DNA from: Octopus sinensis
Lineage: Eukaryota
Direction of reading: 5' to 3'
Length of the DNA: 64,000 nt
Assembly (NCBI RefSeq): GCF_006345805.1
Contig: NC_042998.1
Span: 1,426,001-1,490,000, forward strand
The notes beneath the pieces were generated by a model. That model did no database searches. It saw only the letters and a list, made by a program, of their open reading frames with translations, and was not told where the DNA came from. Shown piece after piece: positions 39,632 through 54,219 of the stretch. Each line of letters starts with the position of its first letter. Position 1 is the first letter of the stretch. A program made the translations under genes and the position numbers.

Positions 39632-40415
39632 ATATATATATATATACACACAGATATATATTACTGTGTGTGTGTCTGTGATTGATCCGCACCACCGCTT
39701 GACAACCGGTGTTATGGTTATATTTGAGTACTGAGTAACTTAGAAGTTAAGCAAAAAACGGTTTCCCTGATATGTGGAGCAAATAAAAGATAGAAAATAT
39801 AAAATATATACGCAATACACAAATGTGTGTGTGTGTGTGTGTGTGGCAAAACGACCATAACGCAAGAACTAGCTAACACCTAACCCAATAATAATTCCTG
39901 TAACTACTAAATTCCCGACGAAATGCCACGAATAATAAACAAAAACTGATCGAGATCTAATGAGATATATGACCCTTACAATGCCTTAACCAAAAGAAAT
40001 TAAACAAAAGACATTAGATACATTTAAACGTAGGCCTAGACTCGCACCAGACAACGGAAAACCCCAACACAACTAAGATTGCAATCAAGGAGAGATACAC
40101 GAATACACACACATACATACACACACATACATTTGCATACGCATACATTTGCATACGCATACATTTGTATACGCATACATCTGATATATTTTACATGTTT
40201 CAGTGCCGAGGCATCATTTAGTCGAACAAATCAACCCTAGTACTTACTCCTTTTTAAAATTTGCTACTTATTCTGTCAGTCTCTTTTGCTGAACCGCTTG
40301 TTGTCTAGTGGTGGTGGTGGTGGTGGTGGTGTACAAAGACAAGACAAAGACACATACATGCATACACATGCACATTTGCATACATGCATACATGCATGCA
40401 TACATACTACGTACA

Positions 40416-40528
<113 letters not shown>

Positions 40529-40732
40529 ATATATATATAAATTATAACTTATGGTATCTATGAGATACTGCCATGCTGAAAATAGCAGCCAGAATCTGAC
40601 TCTAAGACCACGTTAAGGGTTCATATAGTACAAGAAGAGAAGACAAAAAGACAAAATAAAACTAGTAAAAAATTACTGGATAATTCCAGAGTCCGGATTT
40701 CTGGCTTTGCATTTAGAAATGCTTTGCCTCAA

Positions 40733-40791
<59 letters not shown>

Positions 40792-40819
40792 AATGTATAC
40801 GTACACACACACACACACA

Positions 40820-40952
40820 CGCACGCAACACACAATAGACTCCTTTCAGTTTCCATCTACCAAATCCTCTCAAATGCCTTTGTTCGATCCCCGGCTATAG
40901 TAGACGAAACTTGCCCAAAGTTCCACGTAGTGGCACTGAATCCGGACCATCA
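40820..40952 (-). mobile_element. SINE A, partial 5' half
   Basis: CCTTTCAGTTTCCATCTACCAAATCC... Confidence 0.75.
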
Positions 40953-40967
40953 TGTACACGCGCACAC

Positions 40968-41066
<99 letters not shown>

Positions 41067-41199
41067 TGCATATGCTTGTAAGCATATTGAAATAAACATA
41101 CATGTATATGTGTAATGTGTGTGCTCGCATGTGTATGTGTCTAAATGAACTTTGATCCCGTTTCTATTCCCAAAACTCCACTTGTAATATATTAATGTA

Positions 41200-41390
41200 G
41201 CCAAGGCAGCGAGCTAGCAGAACCGTTAACATGCCGGGCGAAATGCTTAGAGTTCAATATCCGCCGAGGTCGACTTACCCTTTCATCCTTTCGGAGTCGA
41301 TAAAATAAGTACCAGATGAGCATCGAGACGAGGTAATCGACTTAGTCCCTCCCTGAAAATGCTAGCCTTGTGCCAAAAATTTGAAACCAG
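41200..41390 (+). mobile_element. SINE B, short-tail variant
   Basis: GGCAGCGAGCTAGCAGAA head and B core. Confidence 0.85.
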
Positions 41391-42822
41391 TATATTCGTT
41401 TAGCCGAACCTACAGTAAAAAGCATTTTCCAAAGTTCTACGCTGTGGAATCGAACCAGAATTCACGTAATGACTGACCACATACGACAAGAAATAATCAT
41501 AACGGTACATACGCACGTACATACATATGTATTTATTAGAAAAAACGTTGCTGACGTAGAGTCATTATTCGAAACAAATTCTTTAAGAATTAGAAATTAG
41601 CTGAAAAAATGTTTTGATAAACCCTTTTACCTCAGACCATATATTCCATCAGGTGTCTGTTAATCGGCCTTTTTAAAACATTTTTTAGATAATTTTTAAT
41701 TTATAGGAATTTTCTCATACACACATAAATCTGTGCGCAGGGCATATTTTTCGCTAGACATAAGAGAACATAATTTAACAAATAGCTTATATGGTATATT
41801 GAGTAAGCTTAGTAAATTTCTGGTATTTAGTTTATAAATAACAGGGGTTGAATGAAATATAGAAGTAAATTCTAGCGCAATTCAGAGCTCAGAATAAGGA
41901 GGAAATGTCTCCCATATACCTTCGTCAAAAGCATTGCGTGTGTACTCACAGACAATCTTGTAAATTTATTTTTGGTTAGAAGTTGACATTGCATAAGAAT
42001 TTATCTCAAGAATACTTGCGGTGAAGATAAACAAAAAGGCTCTGAATAGAAGTTTTAAAACTGGAGTAGGCGTACTCTTATGATTCATGGGGCACGTGAG
42101 GCTTTTAACGCTGCAATTTTGAATTAATCACAACCAAATCGTGTGTCTTTCGTTGTTTTGTTTACTTGTCACTATGAAGAAATATTTTCAGCAAAGTTTA
42201 TAACTAAAACAAATTTCGTGAAGGGATTGTTAATTGAGAATGATATGCGGGTGTTACTCTCTGAAACTGTGCCTAGAATCGAGTTACTTGTTAGAAAGAG
42301 CCAAACTAATCCATCTCATTAAAAATGTAACATTAAATTAAATGAATTGATTTCATACAAATGTACATGACCACAAATTTTGGATGAGGGAATAGTAAAA
42401 TATACTAACTCCAGTACTTGTCTGCTAATTTATTTCATCAGTTAACGACGGCTGAATGTTTTGTTGGTTTTTTTTTGTCTTTTTTTGGGTGGTTCTACTA
42501 TATGTACAATGCCTGAAGTTTTTCGGGGAAGGGCTAATCGATAACAGAAACCCCCAGAATTCGTCAGAATCAGAGTATTCTGGAAAACATTTATCGGCAT
42601 TCTGCTGTTTTCCATTAGAATACTCTGACTCTGACAAAGATAGAATTAGTTCTTTAAGGTCGTCTGACTTTTCTCAAACAGTCAATGGACCAACTGAGTG
42701 AATCGGTCAATGAACAAACCAACAATGATTATCGGAAACAACTGTAAGTCGTATTTGCAACAATAAAGGAAATGTAACGACCATTATTTATACTTTGTCC
42801 GATATAAATGTATATATATATA

Positions 42823-43926
42823 CAGAGTTAGGCACAGTTAATCGAAAGGTTAACTTCTTTAATCCGTTAATCCGTTAATTCTTTGAAAATGTAACGGAAG
42901 TTAACGTTAATCCATTAACTTAAAACTTTTATTGAAAAAAAAACGTATCTACTCCACCGACTTTGTTGTCTCATAACTTCCAGAAAAATGAATACTTTTT
43001 AATGAAACTCACCAAATAATCACTTATATCCTGTACATTGAGTGTCTGTAAAGATTTGGGGAGAGGAGTTTCGGAAAATTCACAGGACTCGACATTTCAC
43101 CCCTCATAACTTTCTGGAAAATAGGTATTTTTTAATGAAATTTTATACGAATACCTTTCAAACAGTGTAGATTAAGATTACAAAGAAATCTGGAGACAAA
43201 ATTTGGGGAAGGGAGCGGGGAAGGCAGGAGTGGCTGGAAAACGGCGTTTCGGATCAGACAGCCCGTGCAAGTTGGAATTTTTTCCGTTTTGACGGTGATT
43301 TTTTCCAATGTTTTTCGCCAAAGTCTTCAGAATGATGGGTGGCATCTTTCGACGAAAAAAATAAAATTGACAATTTATTATTTTTCACTCCCGCCACCCC
43401 TTCACCTCCCCAATCCAAAACGATTTTGGCCATTTTAATTTTCACTACGCACTTAAAACCCGCGTGAGAAACATTTTCGGTTTTAAAATAAATAGTTAAG
43501 AATTTCAGAGGAAAATGTGTGATTTAAGGGAAATCTGGCTGTTGTTTCTAGCACATTCCAAAACCTCCCTCATCGTTTCTTTCTCATTCACACATCTATT
43601 GATATTTTTCACTCCCCATAAACACATTTTATGGAATGATGATGTCAAAGTAACACGCGCGTAGTCCTAACCGAGCGCGTCCGTGTTATGCGTGCGGCGT
43701 GTGTAAGAAAAAACAAACACCTAAAAATGGCGCGTACAATATTAGATATGTGAAGACAATCTGAAAACGATAGGAACTTTGAAACTTTTACCGGAATTTA
43801 TAAAATTTGGAAGTTAACGGATTTGAGTTAACGGAAGTTAATTAGTCCGATAATGATTTTCAAAGTTAATTTAAATGTTTTTTCGTTAACGAACGATTAA
43901 CGGATTAACGGACATACGCACAGCTG
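42823..43926. mobile_element. Possible non-autonomous hAT-like DNA element with TCCGTTAA/TTAACGGA subterminal repeats
   Basis: Repeats cluster at both ends, mostly in opposite orientation; terminal match beyond TACAG is weak. Confidence 0.45.
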
Positions 43927-43929
43927 TAC

Positions 43930-43996
43930 ATATATATTATATATATATAATGTATATATATATATATGTATATATATATATGTATATATACATATA

Positions 43997-44040
<44 letters not shown>

Positions 44041-44147
44041 TATATTATATATATATATATATATAGATATATATATATATATATTATATATATAATATAT
44101 TATATATATTATATATATAATATATTATATATATATATATATTATAT

Positions 44148-44178
<31 letters not shown>

Positions 44179-44283
44179 TATATTATATATATATATTAAT
44201 ATATATATATATATATCTATATATATATATATATACATAATATATATATATATACATATATATTATATATATATATATATATT
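43930..44283. repeat. (TA)n array
   Basis: Directly visible. Confidence 0.95.
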
Positions 44284-44284
44284 A

Positions 44285-44487
44285 ATCCAAACAAAAAAAC
44301 ACAAAAAAACACAACAACGCGAGGACGTGGAACAAATATAGTATTATTGGACGCTCAGGAAAGAAGGAAAGAAGGAGGGTTTAACGTTTCGAGCGGAGCT
44401 CTTTGTCGGAAACATAGGAGAAGGAAAGATCCAGAGAAGGGAAGACAGAGGGAAAAAAAATCGCCAACGGTACACACGAGGTCACAT
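44285..44487 (-). mobile_element. ~200-bp repeat carrying a minimal HHR-like motif (44379-44413); copies at 58100-58290 and, partially, 14770-14826
   Basis: Shared CAACGCGAGGACGTGGAACAA...TTTCGAGCGGAGCTCTT.GTCGGAAAC. Confidence 0.8.
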
Positions 44488-45754
44488 AGCTTAAGGTGAC
44501 CCACCCTACGCGAGGGTGAGGTTGTGGTTGTTACTTTCTGTTGCTTCCTTTCTGTTTCTTATCGCCACATGCTCCCTCTTTGTTTCTCTATCCTTTCTCA
44601 TTTTCCCACTCTCTTACTCTTCCTTTCTCTTGGATCTTCCCTCACTTTCTCTTACTGTTTATCTTTCTCTATCTATCTCTCTGCCATTTATAAAAAAAAT
44701 TAGATTTCCATGTTTCAATTACAAATCCGCTTCCACTTTACCATGTTGAAACTTTTGATTGAAATTGGGCAAAAGGTGTCCGATATAGACCACCAACTGT
44801 CCCCCAAAATCAATAAAATCCCAGTTTTCACACCAAAGCAACCACTGTAGCGCCACAAAACATCTCCCAATCAATTTCCCCCCTCAATTTACCCCCTCCT
44901 GTAAATTTGAATCCCCTTCCAGCCCCATTTAGACCCCTTTTTATATAAAAATCCAATTTGTGTCTACGTTCGCCTTCTTCATTTTATAGATAAGATTACA
45001 TGCCAATCGCGCCAATCTGGAGGGGCTTAGAGCCCCCTTGAATCTTCTCACTATAGCAACCGCATCTTCCCAGATGGTGAGTTCTAACCTACTCAACTCT
45101 CTGCCTCATCACGTCTTCTATGCCTGTGTCAATTTTCAACTCGATGTGACCACTGGTGTGGCCGCCAAACTCTGACGTAGCAAAACGTGCACACAATTTT
45201 TACCCAAAGCCTCTTTTATATATATAGATAGCAGAGAAACCCGGTTTTGCTCGGGATTAAAAAAGTTTATCATCGTTTTATTTGTTTCGGCATTATAACT
45301 CAATTTCATTCGGGTCTACGCGCGCCACACTTTAAAAATGATGAATTTTGCCCTAGAGGCCACACCGTTCAAAGTTGCCATGCAAACTCGTCAGGACTTT
45401 TAACATAGGTGTGCAAATTTTCAACTGAATCCTACCATATTTACTAACACTTTTGCCTGTATAACTACTTGTGAGACAACGTCTGCCCTTTTCACAAATA
45501 TGTAGTAGACCTACAGAGATACCCGACCTTACTTGGGATTAAAATGGCATAGCTTTTCATTGTTTTACTTGTTTGGTTAATATAAGCCGATTTCATTCGG
45601 TTGTAATCGGGCCACATTTTAAAAGATGAGGAATTTTGTCCTAGAGGTTACGCCTTTCATTTGAGGAAAAAAATAGTTGCCATGCAAACTCGCCAGCACT
45701 TTTAACATAGGTGTGCATATTTTCAGCACAACCGACCACATAATGCACATATAA

Positions 45755-45801
<47 letters not shown>

Positions 45802-46454
45802 GCATTAAATATATATATATGTACATATATACGCATTATATATATATGTGTGTGTGTGTGTACGCATTATATATACAAATGTATACAAATTATATATATA
45901 TAGACATATAAATACAGATATATACACTTTGTATATATACATATTTATATATACATATTTATATATAGATACAGACGCACACACACATATATAAATTAAC
46001 CCAATAAATATCTCATTCATAATGTTTGTTCTCATGATTGTGTGGTGGTGTGGCGATAATAAAACTCTCTATGAATGCAGACAGACGTACAGGAGAGAAG
46101 AGGAGAGGGAGGGGGGGAGGCGGTGGAGAAAAAGTGACAGCACTGGCGAAGGCGGCGGGGGAAAGATAGTAGTAGCTGTCAAACATCGTTATAGAGAGAA
46201 AGTGAAGGGAAGGGAGGAAACAGAGAGAGACGGAGGAGGACAGGCAGATAAGAGAATGAGAGAAGACTTGTCACAGTGTGCGTTTTTTGCCCTAGTAACG
46301 ACACCTCTTAATATAGGGATTTCTAACCTAGCCCACTCGCATCCTCACTTCATTTTACGTGTCCCTGTAAATTTTGGAGTCAATCCGACGGGATCTAGAG
46401 CCCTTTAACCCGTTCCAATGCCAAAACCAGACAAACAAACTTTCTCATTTCAGA

Positions 46455-46460
<6 letters not shown>
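44487..46460 (+). mobile_element. Two head-to-tail Helentron-like non-autonomous elements (44487-45228; 45228-~46460, interrupted by microsatellites)
   Basis: Starts TAGC...CACCCTACGCGAGGGTG and TAGCAGAGAAACCCGGTTTTGCTCGGG; ends CTTTTATATATATAGAT and CAGACAAACAAAC...TTAATATATA; internal tandem module 45260-45430 versus 45540-45725. Confidence 0.5.
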
Positions 46461-46510
<50 letters not shown>

Positions 46511-46671
46511 AAAATGGAGACGAACACCAGTCCTCCATGTGATGAGCTGAAAAAATTATCAAGATATTTAGATGAAACCAATGGTATCCTTATTAAATGA
46601 ATAAAGAAATTTTATCCACCAGTGCGGTGTTGAGCACTCACTCTCATTGTTCGACATTTACGTATATAGAT

Positions 46672-46708
<37 letters not shown>

Positions 46709-46964
46709 GACATACAGAGAGAGAGAGAGAGAGAGAAACAGACATACAGAGAGAGAGAGAGAGAGAGACAAATACTAGTATTTCAAAGGTCATATCATAA
46801 AATTTTATGATGTATTAAAACTATCTCTGTCTCCGTAAGATGTATCATAATTACCAAATATCAGCTTCACATGAGAAAGGGAGACAATCTCTTAGTCTTT
46901 AACTTACTTTTATTTAAATTATGCAAATTATGTAGAACAGTTGTTTTCTCCTCTATTCTTATTT

Positions 46965-47143
46965 CTTTATTGCCCGCAAGGGGGCTAAACACAGAGGGGA
47001 CAAAGAAGGACAGACAAACGGATTAAGTCGATTACATCGATCCCAGTGCGTAACTGGTACTTATTTATCGATCCCGAAAGGATGAAAGGCAAAGTCGACC
47101 TCGGCGGATTTGAACTCAGAACGTTTCTGCCAGCTCGCCGCCT
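46965..47143 (-). mobile_element. SINE B with internal head deletion
   Basis: Long tail, core and GCCAGCTCGCCGCC. Confidence 0.88.
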
Positions 47144-47867
47144 TTCTCTGCTCTATTCTATATAAGCCTAAGTCCTTTGTTCCATAGGAGATAAGGTCGG
47201 GCAATTGTTGGGCATATAACAATTACGTCCACCATCGCATCATTATGTGTCACGAGGAAGATTCAATGAATGTGTCCAACAGATTGAGTGACGAAGCTGT
47301 AGCGAATTCGTTGGCTAAGGACAATAGCGTGTTATCTACAGAAGATTTGAGTATCATTTCTTTAACATTGACCGAGTGATCGAATTAGAAAAAACCCTTC
47401 CCACAAATTATACTGCAGCTTCCTTGGTGTATATACGTTTTCGTAGTGCGTGTGTGTGTGTGTGTAGAGGTGTTGGTATATGTGTGTAAGACAATCGTTT
47501 GCCAGTCTATGAACACTATTACTCTCCTACACAATTCTCTAAACTCCATATAATGAAGCGAAGGCAGGAGAATAAGGAGTGGCGCATTCACCAATCTCCT
47601 TACCACAATGGACGACTTACGTCATAGCTATCTGCATACAACATGTTCTATGCTATTTGTAATAAAATGGTCATTACTATAGGTAGCTTACTTAGCTGTT
47701 AGAGTAATTACGGTGAGCATGATAAGTACATGCAAGAAAAAGTATAGGTATCAGTTTATAAATTATAATATATCTTGCAAGAAGGAAAAGAAGCAGGTAG
47801 GAAATATGAGGCATACACACGCGCATGAGAGTATTATGTATTACATACATCATATGTATATGTGTTT

Positions 47868-47919
<52 letters not shown>

Positions 47920-48208
47920 ATGTATGTACATATATATCTATATGTGTATGGACGTGTATAGTTCGAATATAGACACCCACCCACAGATATCTATATATGT
48001 GTGTGTTTGGGTATGTGCGTAGAGAATATATATAATATATATATATATATATATACTATATATATGTATGTATATATATATATGTATGTATATGTTAATA
48101 TATATATGTGTGTGTGGGTATATATATATATGTATGTATATATATACATATATATATATTATGCAATATATATACATATTATACACATATATATATATAT
48201 ACATATAC

Positions 48209-48241
<33 letters not shown>

Positions 48242-48681
48242 CATATACATACATATACATATACACACATATACATATACATATATACATATATATTATA
48301 TAATATATATATATTAATGTATATATGTTTATGTATATGTGTATTATATGTGTATGTATATGTGTAATATATATGTATGTATATGTGTATGTATATTCTG
48401 GCTGTATGTATATGTGTTTGTAATATGTGTATATATATATGTATGTAATGTGTATTCAACAGGTTTTGTTGAATTTTCTGCTGCTTTTTAAATAAAGCAT
48501 ATTACTCTACAACTGTTATTTAAGTACTCTTTTTTCCACCTTGCTTCACACATTATCTGTTTATCTACTCTGGTATATATATATTATATATTGTAATATA
48601 TCTATATATATATATCTATATATATATACATTATATATTTATATATATACACAACATATATACATACATACATACATACAT

Positions 48682-48892
48682 AGCGGTCAGGTCGTCCAAA
48701 AGTGACTTCTAAATCACAGGATAAGTTTATCAGAGTTACCAGTCTTCGAAACAGGCGCCAGAGAGCAAATGAAATCGCTGCACAAGTTAGTGAAGCCGGC
48801 GAAGCTAACGTGTCTCCTACAACCGTGAGGAAAAGACTCATTGCTTCCGGTCTAAATGGCCGTTGCGATGCCAGAAAACCACTGCTTCGATC
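48682..48892 (+). mobile_element. Tc1-like transposase fragment (DNA-binding region)
   Basis: SGRPKVTSKSQDKFIRVTSLRNRRQRANEIAAQV...VSPTTVRKRLIASGLNGRCDARKPLL. Confidence 0.85.
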
Positions 48893-49064
48893 AGTTATTT
48901 CCATTTTGTAGATGTTTCTTTTTTCAAATAAGTTTAAGTGATCCTTTAGATAGTTGTTCATAGTGTACGGGTGACTATATCGGGAGCACGAAAACACACT
49001 CAGACCTACACATGCACCAGCACAAAGAACATACACACAACACGAACAAATCCACGTGCAAGCA

Positions 49065-49109
49065 AACACACACACACACACGCACACACACAAACCACAC
49101 ACAAACACA

Positions 49110-49141
<32 letters not shown>

Positions 49142-49562
49142 CACACCGCCCACACACCACACACCACCACACACAACACAAACACACACACACCCAAACA
49201 CAAACACACACACACACACGCACACAACACACACACACACAACACACCCACACAACACACACACACACACAAACACACCGCACACACACACAAACACACA
49301 CACACACAACACACAACACACACCACACACCCACATCACACAAACACACACAACACACACACACCACACAAACAAACACACACACGCAACACTACCACAC
49401 ACACACACACACACCACACAAACACCCACCACACACACAAACACAACGCACACACACACAACAAACACACCACACACACACAACACACCACACCACACAC
49501 ACACACCCACACACAACACACACACGCACACACACACACACACACACACAACACACCACACA

Positions 49563-49604
<42 letters not shown>

Positions 49605-49667
49605 ATCACACACACACACCCACACACGCACACACACACACACAACACACACACACACACACACACT
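49065..49667. repeat. Degenerate (CA)n array, ~600 bp
   Basis: Directly visible. Confidence 0.95.
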
Positions 49668-49934
49668 TGGCGAGTTAAGAAGGTCGGAAAAATACGAATT
49701 ACGTCGGAATAAAGTATGGTGTAAATCGGTGCTGCGAAGGGATTAGAATGGTGGACAGGAATTTAACGATGGCAGACAATTATATGCTATGGAGAGATTA
49801 AATGGAGCGGCAAGAGTAAGTGTTCCATACCTTCAGGTTCTATAACGCATTTAGCTCTGAAAACGAAATAAAATAAAATAAATAAATAAATGAACAAAAT
49901 CACCATCAGCAGCAGCAGCAGCAGAAGTAGAACA

Positions 49935-49968
<34 letters not shown>

Positions 49969-50710
49969 TAATGAGGAGGAGGAGGATGGCGATGATGATG
50001 ATGAGGAGGAGGAGGAGGATTTCTTTTATTTGCCACCTGGGCGAAATAATAATAATAATAATAAAATAATAATAATAATAATAATGATGATGATGATGAT
50101 GATAATATATGTCTTTATTAACCACAAGGGTTTACATTAAGAAAAACATGATGGACAGTAGAGAACAAAACGAAGAATGTGTGTGTTGTTGTTGTTGTGA
50201 GGGTTTTGCGTGGAAACAAGACTAACATTAAAAATAAAAGGAATTCAACAATGTGTAATCGTCAATGTTCGAGGGCTTCTCATGAAAAACCCCCATAAAA
50301 CAACCATGGCTACCCTGACTTTTGGGGCAGATGCCTTTTTTCTTTCCTTTTTCCAACGGCAGGCGTATACTCAGGGCGTTCACTCGCGCTATTCTCACCA
50401 TTTTCATCTACGTTTCTGTAAACTAATTAGAAGACAACACTTCCCTCTCTACCCTTAGTTTTCTTCTCAAGTGAAACTCGAAGAAGTTCATCAGGGATTG
50501 ACGAAAGAGAAAAGTGTTTGTCTTCAGCCCCTTCAATCACGTCCATCATACAACCTCTTTTGCCATGGCCACCGGTTAAAGGAAGACGACGGGAGGATTT
50601 TCCCAATGGAGTCAGTTGACAGCCGGATCCGTCCCACATGCGACAGCAGGTGTTCGATATAAACCCATAGGTCAGCACTGGACGAGCAGATGCAGGACCG
50701 TTTTATATAG

Positions 50711-50790
<80 letters not shown>

Positions 50791-51448
50791 CAATGTCATG
50801 GAGGAGAACTTGGTCACGAAACTCGTTAAATACCATGTCTGTGTGTTAGTAAGCTTAGAGTGGATTGGTACTTGGAGGAAGTTAAGAAGAAACAACCTAC
50901 TAAGAAAACACTTGGTTGATAATACTGACTTCCGGTTCCGACACTTTGCTAGCTGACTTTTCTGGAATCCATTATCGACAATTCTCCCTCTTTTTGATCC
51001 CTGAATTTCCAGATGATTTGGAAGAGGTCTTAGAAGCTTTCCGACTTCATTGATCTAAATGAGTGAAAAAGCTGAGAGCAACGACCTTTGAAAGTGTTCA
51101 ATACCATTTAGGAGCATTCTAGATGTTCCTCTTGCGATCTTTAACATTTCTCTAAGTTCATTACTTATTTCTTCCTCTGTTCTCGAACTTCTGCTTTAAA
51201 TACCTCTATTCTATTTTGTATATATTCGTTTGTTCATGCCCTACGCTCTACTTTCTCACTCTTCTCTTCAATCACTTAACCAGGCACTCACTCCCATTTC
51301 AACTAACCAACTACCGCCCCTCTCTCACATCAATCACACTATCTTTTCCTTCCTCTCTCCCAGCGTATTTCACTCTACATTACTGTTTCACTGCTTTCTA
51401 TTATCACTCGCCTCGTTGTGGCTGTGGTATCAGTCCCTATACTCTTTC

Positions 51449-51481
51449 GCCCTGAAAAAGAATATGTTTCCGAAACGTTGC
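51449..51481 (+). other. Decayed PLE-type HHR-like motif at the end of a pyrimidine-rich tract
   Basis: CCTGAAAAAGAATATGTTTCCGAAACGTTG (G8 replaced by A). Confidence 0.4.
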
Positions 51482-51704
51482 TTTTTGCTCTTCACCACAA
51501 ATTGATCCAATGTAAATTTTTATACCAACTTTTATAAAACAAAATTGATCGAGAGCCATGTTGAATACTCATTGACATTCTTCATATTTAGTTCCCGGAT
51601 AAAATAAATATTTACTCATCATTCAGAACCCATGAACTATATAATAAATCCTTGTTTCAAATCCATTGTCATTTTGCTTAGTAACACATTTTCTCTCTCC
51701 CCAC

Positions 51705-51743
<39 letters not shown>

Positions 51744-51841
51744 CTATCTATCTATCTATCTATCTATCTGTCTATATATATCTATCTGTATAAAATCTGC
51801 TTTTTTCTTAGTTATCTATCTGTATATATATTTATATATAC

Positions 51842-51881
<40 letters not shown>

Positions 51882-52059
51882 ACATATATAAGTATGTATA
51901 TATATACATATATGTATATATAATATATAGTATGTGTTGTACGTTTATATATATAATATATATATATGCGTCTACATATGTTTATATGCATATATATGTA
52001 TATATATATATACATACACAAATAAAAGCGCGCGCACGCACACACACACACACACACAC

Positions 52060-52102
<43 letters not shown>

Positions 52103-52382
52103 CATATATATTTAACGTGCACACTGATGAATAAATGAGTGGATGAGAGGACGAATGAATGGATATATGTCGACGAAAGGCGATTAGATTGTCAATCTAA
52201 CAGAATTATATATTATCACGTACGTTAATCTGTGTGCATGAAGAGCACAATAAGAAAAGCATTCTTATCTCCGCCTCGCTCGCTGCTTACTTGATAGAGA
52301 TAAGCAAAGAGCTTAGCAAGAAGTTGCCTTCACGCACAGATCTTTGACACAACACTGACGCACATAAACACGTTTATGCACA

Positions 52383-52423
<41 letters not shown>

Positions 52424-52887
52424 CGTTTCTACACTCGTATTCGTAAATATGAGGTCGCGCCATAAATGGAGGCGTTGTCTTTTTGAACATTCTGACTATG
52501 GTCAATGAGAATTGATACGTAAATTCGCTGATCTCGTCTCCTCTGGAGCCTGCCAAATCTACAGCGTTCGTAGAAAGACCTAAACACAAGCATGCAGACA
52601 TAGATGCGTACACGCACACACACACGTCCGAGTCTGTGCAGAACAGAATAGAATCGGCAGTCTAGATCGTGTGTTGGAAATAATTTTGCCGAATGGATCA
52701 CACATGCAATTTGTTGATTACTTTATAGTTAGACAAAAAAGACCAGTTTTACAACGGAACTTGAATAACGGAAGAAATCAACCTCAGTTCATTGCTGGTA
52801 CCTATCTCGTAAACTTATTTTATTCAACGAAAGAATCCCACCTATTACACAGCTGCCTACTCTGAAATGTGTGACCGTTTGACTGTG

Positions 52888-52923
<36 letters not shown>

Positions 52924-52944
52924 GTTTGTGTGTGTGTATGTGTG

Positions 52945-53507
52945 TACGAGCAAAACGCCCCACCCCCGTTCATGAACGGTGCTGAGTTGTCAAACATTTA
53001 AACCAAATTTTCTCAAAACAACTTGTCCGACCATCCCATTGGCCTCCCCTTTGAGAAACACTGATTTAATCAAAATTTGAGACACCAGCAAAAGAAGAAA
53101 TAAAGATAGACTTTTTATCTATTCCAAAGAAAAACGATTTTATTCACACAAATATGCAACCGAAGAGTTTAAAGCACCAGTTATGATAAGGCTGCTGACT
53201 GGGAGAACACAAACATGGTTTAAACAGTAAGCTTGGCAGGAAAGAAACGTGCCTTTAAGCAGTACAAAAACAACAAAAATGGAAGGTGCAGTTATGTACA
53301 GGTTGACGGAAGAAAAGCAGGACAAAAACGGCTTTATCGATCGCATTCTCACCTGGAATCGATTTTTGTAATTTTTTCAAGACTTATACACGCCCCAATA
53401 CCGTCAGTATCTACATATCAAATTTGAGCGCGATCGGATGGAGGATGCCCGAGACCCTAAAAGACGCACACACACACAGACAGACAGAACGGATTTTATA
53501 TAATAGA
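52945..53507 (+). mobile_element. Helentron-like non-autonomous element, 3' part
   Basis: CAAATTTGAGCGCGATCGGATG...CAGACAGACAGAACGGATTTTATATAATAGAT ending. Confidence 0.45.
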
Positions 53508-53509
53508 TA

Positions 53510-53815
53510 TACGTGGGCCTTACAGAGAGTAATTTCAAGGCCAGGTTCAATAACCACACATTGAGTTTTAGTCACTGGAACAAAAGAAAAGCGACAAAAT
53601 TATCTAATCTATTTGGTCATTAAAAGATAAAGGTGTCAATTATAACATCCATTGGAAGATTTTGGCCAAATGTAAGCCCTACACCAACGGCAGCGGAAAG
53701 TGCGGTCTATGCGACATGGAGAGATGGCTTATGTGGAAAACCAGCTTAGACCCTACTACGTGTCTAAACTCAAGGACAGAACTTTTCGGATCATGCCCAC
53801 ATGTGACAAAAAAAC
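53510..53815 (+). mobile_element. Penelope-like GIY-YIG endonuclease C-terminal fragment
   Basis: YVGLTESNFKARFNNHTLSF...IWSLKDKGVNYNIHWKILAKCKPYTNGSGKCGLCDME...CLNSRTELFGSCPH, with frameshifts. Confidence 0.88.
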
Positions 53816-54219
53816 TAAAAAGATTGTAAAAATACTAAGTAAAAACGTCTATATATATATATGCATCCTTATGCCCGCATACACGCACACATCTAAAACT
53901 GCCCACTCATACATATTCACACACGTGTACAAAAGAAGCTATATACACGTCTATATAGGCACAGGAAAAAATGCAGGATAGAAAAGTACAGAAAAAATTA
54001 TTATGTGTGAAAATATAAAAATATATGAAATAATAAAAGGTATAATGAGATAAAAAAACTTTTTGGGACATAATATAGAAAGCAAGTTCTATCTGTTTTC
54101 TTGAGGGGACCAAAAACGTAACAAAAATTTTGTCACATGTCTATATATACATATATCCATATACATATACATATATATAATTATATACACACACACACAC
54201 ATATATATATACACACACA

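Noticed and set aside
48602-49746. His/Thr- and Cys/Val-rich ORFs
   Set aside because: Translations of the degenerate (CA)n array.
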